Part shown: positions 39,091 to 49,839 of the stretch, in pieces
How the letters are laid out: each line of letters opens with the position of its first letter
How positions within the stretch are numbered: the first letter of the stretch is position 1
Assembly (NCBI GenBank): GCA_030704615.1
Contig: CM060733.1
Coordinates: 68,510,001 to 68,574,000 of the forward strand
DNA length: 64,000 nucleotides
From: Takakia lepidozioides
Taxonomy: Eukaryota > Plantae > Bryophyta
Direction of reading: 5' to 3'
Notes under the pieces: model-generated
Seen by the model: only the letters and a program-made list of their open reading frames with translations
Told to the model about the DNA's origin: nothing
The model's database searches: none
Made by a program: the position numbers and the translations under genes

Positions 39091-39789
39091 GAAGAACAGA
39101 GACAGAGAAAAGGGCGCGAGAGGGGTGACTGAGTAGACACGACAAAAGAAGATGAAACGACAGTGATGCACCACTTGGGTTCGAAAGGCTTGGACGAAAG
39201 TGTCTCCTCGTGGACTATCCGTCATTATGAAATTCGAATCGTCAAGGGTACGCCTGCCGTCCAAAAAGTAGACATCATTAACCAACGGTCAGGCCGTGCC
39301 GCCTCCTGCCACTTCAGTCAGATAGAGTGCAGAGGGGGCTGCTATTTCATGAGCCATGAGCCATGAGCGGCATGAGCCATGAGCAGAGTCCTAAGTGTCG
39401 AAAAAAACATGAGCAGGACTATTTTCCAGAAATGAGTGTCCACGGGTTGAGGGTGTCACGGTCATAGGGGGAGAAGGACCTCCCGATGAAGGAGGTTCGG
39501 CAATGGTTTTTAGAATTACATATTGAAAGGCAATGTTTCGCGAATGGTAGGGTGGTACTGCTCTGTACAATGGGGGCCCATTTCAGCCTCCCAGCCACTT
39601 GCAAAATCCACCCACACTCGCAATCCCAAACGAAATGAGGAATGATGCATTCTGGGAACGATGGATACAAACTAGAACAAAAAGAGGGCACAATGGGGTT
39701 TTTATTGATCCACATGAATTGCATTTGAAGCACGTCTACTGTGCTGATTGTGCAAACAAATCTTTAGCCTTGTGCCTTCTGAATACAAG

Positions 39790-40503
39790 TCACGTTGTCA
39801 ATGGGACTTTGACTGCTCTGAAAACTAGCTCATGAGTCATCGGGCTCCTCCAGGTAAACTGGATTGCAGCCGTTGTACCGCCCATGTTGATGTTCACCAC
39901 AATGTCCTGCCCTTCAATCATACCATCGTCGAATATGGAAAGCTTCACGTTTTCGTCGTTCGCACCAATGCGAATGTCCCCATACAATGGAGAAGAGGAG
40001 CGCACTCCTTCAGGAGTATAAGTCTCTCCGATGGAATCCACCCACGTCCACTGGCAGCAGTTCCACCGCAACAGCATAGCAGTGCGCATTCTTCTACATA
40101 GGTGCCCGTCGTAGCTGGGAAAATCGGAATCAAGGATGCGTAGGAGCCACGGACTCCTCAGACCAAGATCGTCACCCCGCTTGAAGGCGTGTTGGCCTGA
40201 GATATACTCAAAAGCGGACAATGTTTCCACATTCGAACCAGTATCTTCTGTGTAATCTGTGTACCAGATAACGATGTCTCCCGATGTGGCCGAATACATT
40301 GCATAATCGAAGCCTCCATAAGGGCAGTTGTCCCGGTTCCGGAAGCACGACATCCTTGCAAAGGAGGACCTAAGGACGTCTTTGATGCTGATGACAATGA
40401 CCTTGCGGACAGCAACGAAGCCCTTAGATTTTAGAAATGATGAGAAGCGGAAGAGCAGTGCAGGCTCCAATAATGGAGCATCTGGGTCACATGTACCCAC
40501 CAA
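39790..40503 (-). CDS. Unknown cargo ORF-A (copy 2, full-length 237 aa)
   Basis: Open frame, near-identical to 30737-31381. Confidence 0.6.
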   Translation of the reverse strand: MVGTCDPDAPLLEPALLFRFSSFLKSKGFVAVRKVIVISIKDVLRSSFARMSCFRNRDNCPYGGFDYAMYSATSGDIVIWYTDYTEDTGSNVETLSAFEYISGQHAFKRGDDLGLRSPWLLRILDSDFPSYDGHLCRRMRTAMLLRWNCCQWTWVDSIGETYTPEGVRSSSPLYGDIRIGANDENVKLSIFDDGMIEGQDIVVNINMGGTTAAIQFTWRSPMTHELVFRAVKVPLTT

Positions 40504-40785
40504 TCATCGTGTAACGTGTTCATCACGCCAGCGGTGGATAAACCGATACCTCTTTCTCATCCACGGGGTATAGTTTGAAATCTACCACCGAAGTCCATCC
40601 CCCGGAAGGAAATTCGGTGCCGCATTTACATCGAAGGGGGGATGGACTTCGTCGTCTCGAGTGGCTATAGGCCCACCTGGCACTTACTGCCCATAGTTTG
40701 CATGGCAGGGAAGGAAACTGAAACGGCTACATGCATGGAGTAGCCAATCTTCATCCGTGCAGGTTCCTGTAGGGGGGAAATTTAA

Positions 40786-41442
40786 ATGTGCCCTGGAGTG
40801 TTTGTGAGGAATTGCAATGTTTGCTTGAACTTCTTCCAGCCACCGCGCTGCTCTTTTTCAAGGATGCCGTGCCGTCAAAATCCTGCTGATTGCCCTTATC
40901 ATGGCCACGATTATGCTATGTTCAAACCAGAATCAGGAGACATCATTGTCTGGCTCTCTGTTTTCACTGACGCTTCTGGAATCAAGCGGGAGTCTTTGCG
41001 CGCAATGGAGTATTTGGAGGGCTATTACCGCTTTGAGCGAGGTGAGGGCGAGGGTCAATGCGGTCCGTGGGTCCTGAAAATTGTTGACCTCGATATACCA
41101 AGCTGGAATGGGATGCCAGACAGATCACGCACGGCCTCACTTTGGCGGTGGAATTGCTGCCAGTGGACCAGGGAGGATGGCACCGGGGAAAACTTTATTC
41201 GTGGAGTTCACTCCGCTCTTTCAGTGTATGGAGACATTCGGCTGAGTTGCGAAGACGAATCGCACGGGCACATGAGGCCCACAGTGACCTTGTCAATGTA
41301 TGATGGTGGTATCATTGATGGGCATGACATTGTGGTCAGCTCCACCAAGGGCACCAGAATGACCGCATTGCAGTTTACCTCGAGGTGCCGCATCAGTAAT
41401 GAGCTTGTTTTGAGGGCTATCAAAGTTCCGTCGACTTGGTGA
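40786..41442 (+). CDS. Unknown cargo ORF-B (copy 2, 218 aa)
   Basis: Open frame, near-identical to 31788-32366. Confidence 0.6.
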   Translation: MCPGVFVRNCNVCLNFFQPPRCSFSRMPCRQNPADCPYHGHDYAMFKPESGDIIVWLSVFTDASGIKRESLRAMEYLEGYYRFERGEGEGQCGPWVLKIVDLDIPSWNGMPDRSRTASLWRWNCCQWTREDGTGENFIRGVHSALSVYGDIRLSCEDESHGHMRPTVTLSMYDGGIIDGHDIVVSSTKGTRMTALQFTSRCRISNELVLRAIKVPSTW

Positions 41443-41719
41443 CGCCCATGTAGAGGGAGGAAGGGCTTAGATTTGTCTGGAGTTGCTAAATGTGAGACAC
41501 CGTGTTCGATCAATAAAACAACCCATCGTACCTCACTTCTGTGTGCTTGTGTTTCATCGTGTTCAAGAACAGCCGTAATTGGCCCACTGTTTACAATTTG
41601 AGATCTCATTTCTACAATGTGTCTGTCCATATGAATATACCAGAGTCAGCGATATCAGAGTCCTGAGGTGAAGGAAATCCATGTATGAGTTAAAGGAAAC
41701 ATGTACACGCCGAAGCTCA

Positions 41720-42765
41720 GAACTTCGGCACCGCATTTCATTTTTCTCCATGCAACGATTTCTGGCAGCTCCCTTTCCTCTGTTGTCGTCGTAACAGAAA
41801 TGTTGTACAACATTTCATTTCCTGACATGGCATTACCATACTTCGAATTGGAAATGCGGCACCACATTTCCATATTGGACCTTGAATTCCGAGCATGTCC
41901 AGTCGCTAATGCTTGTCCATGTCCATACATGAAATGCGGCACCACATTTCCATGTCCGTCATCGAAATTTCGTTCCGGACAATGAAATGCGGCACCGCAT
42001 TTCCGGAGAGCAAAATGGAATGCGGTGCCGCATTTCCGTCAAAGGGTCTGGAATTGGACAAACAACGATGTCCGTTCTGGAAATGCGGCACCACATTTCC
42101 ATGTCCGTCATCAAAATTTTGTATTGGACAATGGAATGCGGTGCCGCATTTCCGTCCAACAAGACACAATGCCCACACGGGTCTAGAATTGGACAAACAA
42201 CGATGTCTGTTTTGGAAATGCGGCGCCGCATTTCCCATGTTGGGCAATCGAAAGTTTTTATAGGACAATGTAAGTTTTTCTAGGACGATGGAATGCGGTG
42301 CCGCATTTCCGTCAAAGGGTCTGGAATTGGACAATCAACGATGTCCGTTTTCGAAATGCGGCGCCGCAATTCCATGTACGTCATCGAAATTTCTTATTGG
42401 ACAATGGAATGCGGTGCCGCATTCCCGTCTAGCATCATGGAATGGGGAGCCGCATTTCCGTGGATGGGTCTGCAGTTGGAAAAATGTCCATCTCCAAAAC
42501 GTAAATGCGGCACCGCATTTCCATGTTCGACCTCTGCATTTCCATTTACCTCCATGGAAGGAGCTGGCAATCGGCAAAACTGCCGTGTCGGAAACGGAAA
42601 TGCGGCACCGCATTTCGTTCGGCCGAACAGTTTCTGATGTCCAAACCATGAAACGGAAAATTGTTCTTGCCCCGGTTTTGGAAATGCGGTGCCGCATTTC
42701 CAAAGGAGGTTTTTGCAATTGCCACATTTCCATTCCGACATTGAAATGCGGTGCCGCATTTCCGA
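41720..42765. repeat. Palindrome array (copy 2)
   Basis: About 16 copies of GGAAATGCGGYRCCRCATTTCC. Confidence 0.9.
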
Positions 42766-43740
42766 TTTTGGGAGGGACCAGGTTTGGACAATGTTGTCGT
42801 TGTGAAGCACATGGGAGAGGGGACATGAAGGACGGGGAGAATTTCCTTTATATACTCTGGAATAGAATTTAAATGTACAGAGAGTTCATTAAAATTTTAT
42901 TAATCTTGAAAATCATCAGTATCGTCGTCCTGTCCTTGACTGTCATGCTCCGCCTCCACCCCGTCATTGCCTTTCTCATCTCCAGCGGACTGCTCGTTGG
43001 CCAGGCTTTCGAAAATCCCATCTTCACCTTGTGGAACCGACCATCTCACCTCCGTTGGGTCGTCGTCCTCCCTGTCTGCATCGCTCTCATCTGCTGAATC
43101 ACATATGAACTTTCGCACCCGTCTACTTGTCTCAGCTGTTGCCAACTCTTTCCTTATCCTTCTGTCCTCCCTAGCCCTCTCCAAAATCTGCTCTACTTTA
43201 CTGGGATTCTCACATCATCTAATCACAGTATTTGTGAGTTTAGCTGCATAACTAGGAAGGGATTAGTCCTTCACCGGGCTCGTCATGAAGTCGGCCCTCG
43301 CAAAGAACGGGACATTCTTCCTGGCAGGAAGTGTAGGCCCTACATGTTTCGACTCGGATCCTGGAATCCTGCACATAACAATCACCAACGAGACCAATGA
43401 GAACCACAGTCCGGAAATGCGTTTGACAAAAAATCACCCAGAAGGCTTTGCAAACTTACAATGTTTGCACTCACTCGTATTCCGGGTTCTCCTCGGCATC
43501 AATGTCCACTGTCTCTTCCTCCGACTCCGACGAATCCGAGGAGTCTTTGGCTTCGATGGGAGCCTTCACATTCCGTTGCAGCCCTCCAGATGGGATCCCC
43601 AGATGGATGTGTCCTCCTCGTAGGCAAAGAGGTGCCGGTCCAAAAACCGCCCAGCCCACATTGAGGCACCTGTTACAATGCCATCCACACATTATGACAT
43701 GGCCCTTCAGATGTTGCGAATTAAAGCATAACGAGAATTT

Positions 43741-44760
43741 GCCGCATTTACGTTCTGGAGAGTATGAAGATCTCACCCGGACGGAAATGCAGTGCCGCAT
43801 TTCCCTCCCATAGCTCCATGCCTGAGATACAAAACGGAAATGCGGCGCCGAATTCCGTTGTGGAATGTCGGAAGGTGCGACTCGGACGGAAATGCTGTGC
43901 CGCATTTTAGTTCCAGTGGTTCATGATTTTCAATCAGAACGGAAATGCGGTACCGCATTTCCGTTCCACCTTCATATACCTTAGTTGTTGAACGGAAACG
44001 TCGTGCCGCATTTCCGTTCTGGAGAGTATGAAGGTCTCACCCGGACGGAAATGTGGTGCCGCATTTCCGTCCCACAGCTCCATGCCTGAGATACAAAACG
44101 GAAATGCGGCGCCTCATTTCCGTTGTGGAATGTTGGAAGGTACGACTCGGACGGAAATGTTGTGCCGCATTTCAGTTCCAGTGGTTCATGATTTTCAATC
44201 AGAACGGAAAAGCGGTATCGCATTTCCGTTCCACTGTCACATACCGTACTTGTTGGACGGAAATGCGGCACCGCATTTCTGTTCTGGAGAGTATAAAGGT
44301 TTCCCCTGGACGGAAATGCGGTGCTGCATTTTCGTCGCACTGGTGCATGACTAAGATGCAAAACGGAAATGCAGCGCCGTATTTCCGTCCAATAGCAATT
44401 GAAAGTAGCACACCGGACGGAAATGCGGAACCTCATTTCCGTCCACTGGATTCCATTGAAATAGACGGGACGAAAATTCGGCACCGCATTTCCGTTCCTG
44501 CCTATCCAAAGTGTCCTAGTCAATGACAATGCGCTGTCGCTATTATTTTCTACCGTGTGTTTGTAGTCCCGTTGGACCTACATGCGATACTGCATTTCCG
44601 TTCCACCATGGGCCTGCTTTTACAGTGGACTGAAATTTGGTACCGCATTTCCGTTGCACCAGTATTTTGGTTTCCCTGTTGACGGAAATGGGGGCCGCAT
44701 TTCCGATCACAATCAACGAGAGGATGATGTCGAACTTTGATGCGGGACCGCATTCCCATT
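43741..44760. repeat. 53-bp phased array of a 26-bp palindrome with ~27-bp variable spacers
   Basis: The GGAAA of ACGGAAATGCGGYRCCGCATTTCCGT starts at 43783, 43836, 43888, 43941, 43994, 44047, 44100, 44153, 44206, 44259, 44312, 44365, 44419 and 44472. Looser copies continue to 44760. Confidence 0.92.
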
Positions 44761-45402
44761 CAGCCATGTGCAATGGGTTGCATTGTTCCGAAACAATACA
44801 ATTGCGGCCTGTCTTAATGAGCACAACTTGGTTGTCTAACCGTTTTAACTAACAATCCTGGCTCTTGTCAGTGCGAATGTTCATGTTTGCACCGCGAATA
44901 CTGGTTGATCCACCCTCAGGAGAAACTGTTAGGAGATGTTATTTCGTCGCCGAATCGGCCATCATTGTCATACTTAGTGGATATGGAATCACACCTCCCA
45001 CCTTCATGCATGTAGCTTGAAACAATACTTTCCACTTCAATGTGCGACTTCCAATCGTCGATGGACTCCGCAGATCCCACTTAGATGGTGCCTTTGAGCC
45101 TTGGTCTGTCGCTATACTGAACCTCGCACTTGCCAACTTCGTGCGGTGTTTGATGGCTCCGAATTCCTACGCTATAGTTTGTTGTCCTCCGCAACTTGGC
45201 CTGGATCCCAAATGAGGGAGGACTTTGCAGAGTGACTGACCTTTGTTCCAAATTCAAGCTCAAACCGGGCACAGTTTATTTGGAAGAAGAAAAGAATGAT
45301 GTTCCTGGACAAGTTGATGAGACCATTGTCGTGCTAGGTAACGACAGAGGTTGCGGAATCGAATGACATGTACCCCCATCAGACACCATCCTGTACCAAT
45401 AT

Positions 45403-48400
45403 GTGGGAATGCCCATTCCCTTTCCGAATCAGTTGCTGCCCACACCATCCACAAAGGAGTCGGGAAACCGACAGGCGGCCACTGCCAACAGAGAGGTATG
45501 CAACGATAATCATTCCCGACCTGGACCGTCAAGACCCTCCATAGCTTCTCGTGTGGACGTATTCGACATTTCCGACGAGGAAGATGAGTGCATTGAGGTC
45601 CCCATGTCCTCCACACGGTCGTTCAAATACGACATGGACGTCTCTGCAGGTGCTACGCATGTACCCTCGAGCATAACTCCAACCCGGTCCATTGTGCAGC
45701 TCCTACGGCAACATCACCTTGATGGTTCTCGCTCCGAGCTGGCTGCTCTCGACTATGCCAAATTTCCAGTCAGGAAGGTAACGTATCTGCCTCCCGAAGT
45801 CGATGGCAATGTCATCTTTGAGTTTCCACCTGTTACTTTGTCAAACAAAGCCTCAGGGATGTTAATAGACATGGATCGAAAGCATGACGGACACCCCTGG
45901 TGTGTGACGAAAACCAGTGGCACGAAAATTGCTGATGGTGTTCGTGTACGATACGTCCTCTGTGCGGGGAAGCTGAGGTGCCTCAATCCCGCCTGCTTCC
46001 ACTTTCTCTCCAAATGAGGGCGGAGAAACGAGACGGATTGGACTGGCACAACCCATCATCCATTCATTCTCCAGCCAAGCTCCTGCGGGTACTTTCAAGT
46101 GCGCACATTGCAAAGAACCACCGACGTGCATGTCCATGTGCAGAGCCAAGCAATATTACGTAATCCATTTGCTCCCGGACTTTACTAGAGCTTGCATGCA
46201 CGTTGGGGTCCACTGCCACCCCTTGGCGAGAGGCAACATGCGTGAGGCTGTGCAGGAAGCACACGACATCATAAAAGAGGAGGTGAAATTGAGCCCCGGA
46301 GCCAGTCCAAAGCAGATTCAGTTGAAGGCAGCCCACAAGATTGCTCTTGGCAAAATCATGTCTGAAGATGGTTCAGACCGAGTGCCCTTGAATGAAGAGG
46401 AGATGCTTGACCTGCTGGAGTCCGTCTCGCACGTTTGTAGTCCGAACGTGCGGAATCACATCGTATCTTGCAAGCAGGAGTTCGGCCGGGGGTCGGACAT
46501 GCACTCAATCCTGGAGGTGAAACGAATGACTAGATATGACTACATCCAAGGTAGCAGGTTTCCAGGGCAAGGCAGCGAATCCGATCGTTGTTACATTCTT
46601 AAAATGTCGACGTGTGGGCCTGGGAGTGGAGTCGACTTGGTCACTCGCATGACAACTGAAAACTTGTCGAATGCTTGGGTGATGTTTGATCACATCAAGC
46701 GAATTACAAACCATCAGTGGGTGACTATGGGTGCGCATGTTTATGACTATCACTCCAAGAGGCTCATGACGATTGCAATCTGCGAGATGAAAGGGGAGGA
46801 CACACAGTCGGAGATGCATCTGTGGGAGGGCATAAACGAGCAGATGGCAAGGGCGGGATTGCCAGAGCCCAATTTCAAGGGATTCATGGTAGACAACGCT
46901 CAGGCCAACTGGGCAACGGTGCGGTGTGTGTACGGTGAGGACGCCAATGTTCCAATGGAGGGGAAAGAGAGATCCTGTGGATTCCATTGGATGCAGAGTC
47001 TATCTCACTACACTACCAAATTTGTTGCTAGCTCATTCCAAGCTGAACACCGTGTCCTTCGTACGGCGTGGAAGGATGCACCCACATTTGATGACGCGGA
47101 GGTTAAGTTTGCTATCATGGAGGCTTGGTGGAACATGACAGGTGCAGTGGAGACAACCAATCTGGGAGCCTTGCACAGCTGGTTGGGGTGGTAGCATTTC
47201 CGGTATCGACAGTTCGGACAGTACATGCGGGAGGTATGATGCTGTCATTTTCGTGCAATTGTCTTTCTATTACGGACCTTTCCATTGGTCCCTCACCATT
47301 GTTTGTGTCCTTGTAGGAGCGGTGCTTGGATTCCGACACGGACATGCCGAACACGAATATGGCAGAATCAGTCCACTCCTCCTGGCAAGCGTCTTCTGCC
47401 GCACATCTGGTGGACGTAGTGACGGCCACAACGGAGGACATCGACAGAGCAATCATGCAGCAAGCCACGTACTACAAGTTCCTGAGCGGGAAACAATGGG
47501 GCTTTGGGTTGGACAGGGAGGAATTGTTGGTACGAACAGCTTCGAGGTCGAAGAATCCACTGAAATGGGCGACAACATTGCGAGAGAAGATCAAAGGGAC
47601 GCCTCTGCACCGCAGAGGTGAACACCTAGAGGGGGACGTCCGTACTCGCCCTGTGAGGCGGAGGATTGAAGAGGAACCTGGGTGCGAAGAGGATTCCTGG
47701 AGATCCGACAGGAACATTCGGACAGCACCTCGAGATCCCGTCATGTTGCCGCACAATGTGTCTTCCAGCAGTGGAAGCCCAAGAAATTCCAAATCGCCAT
47801 CGCCTTCAAGCGGGGATTCCGTGCGAGAAATTCCCACCGCTCGCTTGCCCCAGATTCCGCCCGTTGTTATGCAGTATGGCCAAGCCATTGTGGAGACGAC
47901 TGTGTCTGCGTCACAGTGGAGAATTGCTCGCACAAAGCCGTCGTTTTGAGGCAGGTGTTCCGCAATTCGAGTGGATACACGGCAACATTGTTTAGAGATG
48001 ATAAGGAGGAATCCAGATGGGGCTGTCCCTGCTCCTACTTTTACAGGAAGATTTGTCCATGAAAAGTTTGCGGAGGCGACAACCACCCAGTTCTGGTTCT
48101 GCAGGCATGACATTATGACTTGCGTATATGGAAAGCCCAAGTACGGCATACAAACAATGCCAGAGGCTCCCCCGGTGTGGCCGATGGAACCAGGCTGTGA
48201 TCTGAGTCAGGTTGAGGCCGACGTCCTTACTGCCGCAGGATTTCGGATGGTGCAGCGCACTGACGTCCCCAGACAACCATTTCCGCTTCCACAGCTTCCA
48301 CAGCCTCCACCACCGACCCTTGTGAGAGCAAGAACAATGGGACGCGACAGCTCTAAGCATCCTACACACCGTTGGGGGAAACCGAAGAGGCGGCGACCTC

Positions 48401-48756
48401 CCTCAAAAGTGAACGAGACAAGGATGGGGAATGCACTTTGGATGAACTGTACAATCCAAAGCTCGACAGAAGTGCCCCCACTAGGCTTCGGGCATGTGTA
48501 TCAGATGGCCACGGCAGGCTCAGCTGTTTGCAATGAGGTGTACACCATCACCATTTCAGAATTACCCACCTGTAATCGCACCGACTTCCAGATCATGGCG
48601 AATAAGGGGGCATCATACTGCCCTTGCAAGCATTTGTACTACGTGTTTCTAAAGAGACTCCGGTGTAATTCCACAACTCATCACTTCATATATGCACCAG
48701 GGTTGAGCCCCCAAGAGGTGCACACTCTTCTGAATATGGATCTAGGGGACCAGTGA
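45403..48756 (+). pseudogene. MULE-family transposase (GCM-like N-terminus, DDE core with CxxH, SWIM finger), disrupted
   Basis: WCVTKTS..RYVLCAGKLRCLNPAC..CAHC..HVGVHCHP (GCM/WRKY-like). WVMFDH..FKGFMVDNAQANW..ERSCGFHW (MULE core). TNMAESVH. PTCNRTDF..CPCKHLYY (SWIM). Intron ~47234-47316. In-frame stops at 46015, 47192 and 47947 and a frameshift near 46060. Confidence 0.85.
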
Positions 48757-49839
48757 GCTTGGCTTGCAGTCCCAACACAATGGTACGCCCATCCTTTTCG
48801 GATAGTAGAACTGTACTGCTTCAAGTAGCTCTGACTCTGGCCACAGAAAGGTCCGACTTATGTCTTGCCTACTAGTAACCTGTTTTGCTCAAACTAAGAT
48901 AATACTATGTCATTCACTTGTGTTTCCACGTGCATGTATTTTTGTGTGTTGGAGGGTTCATGTTTTTCTGCTCTCCCAAACTTTGCTTTCTTCATTCGAC
49001 CCCCGGCAAGGAAATGCGGCGCCGCATTTCCAAGTAATATTGTAGGTACTGGTAGATGCGGCCTTCGCCAACACCAAACTGCCCATAAATTTCGCACGTG
49101 CGAACCCCAATGCGGCACCGCATTTCCCAGTTGAGTCGCAAACCTTTCTCGCCGAATACCCGAAGATGACAGAATTGTGAAGTACTGCAGACTCTATTGG
49201 TTCAATCGCGGCAAAAGGGTCACCTTCATTCCAATGTTAAGGCATGTAAAACCGCGGAATACTCTATACAGGCCAGTATGCGACGTCCTTTTGCCGTGGT
49301 ATACTGGATTTCTCGTTGCACGGTCACTCATTTCCATGAGCGGATCTAAAAAACCATGAGTGGACTTGTCACTAACGACATATCTTCGCCGCATTACAGG
49401 ATGTGGAACTTCCAAAAACGGCAAGGTCAAATAAAAAACTATTATTTTAATACTTGTTTAATCTGCCGCATTTCCAAATTTGGAGGAGTCCGCTCATGAA
49501 ATCCGCGTGTCTTAGACTTCGGCTCACCGCTCATGCGGCTCATGGCTCATGGCTCATGGTTTCTGCTCATGAAATAGTAAACCTCCCATCACTCATTTGA
49601 AAAATAATACAAAGACAAACACCTGCAGTCCTATTGGTCATGTACACCTTCATCCCGCACCCACGGAAGTAGCAACAAAGTTTTGGCAGGAACAACAGCC
49701 AGAAAGAAGGCAACCTACTTTTGGAGCTCTCACATATTTGCGCTAGGCTATACGAATTGCCACAAGAGGCTGTTTGCATAGTGCCTTTGACCAAGTGTAC
49801 AAGCTTTGCACTACATCACAAAGAAGTACCTTACAGAAG

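Larger units (their letters stand above)
39334..43742. repeat. Internal direct duplication of the element's left end (copy of 30211-~34723)
   Basis: Starts exactly at the TIR (GGGGGCTGCTATTTCATGAGC). Repeats ORF-A, ORF-B, the palindrome array and the MTase 3' exons. Ends at GAGAATTTGC inside a palindrome unit. Confidence 0.92.
30211..49585. mobile_element. 19.4-kb Mutator-like (MULE) DNA transposon with TIRs, TSD and cargo genes
   Basis: Left end GGGGGCTGCTATTTCATGAGC; right end GCTCATGAAATAGTAAACCTC. Both ends have tandem CATGAGC subterminal units. An exact 8-bp TSD CCATCACT lies at 30203-30210 and 49586-49593. The element contains a MULE transposase. Confidence 0.88.

Noticed and set aside
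43741-44500. True CRISPR array
   Set aside because: There are no cas genes and the context is a eukaryotic transposon. The spacers recur in a 5-unit higher-order pattern, which indicates tandem duplication rather than spacer acquisition.
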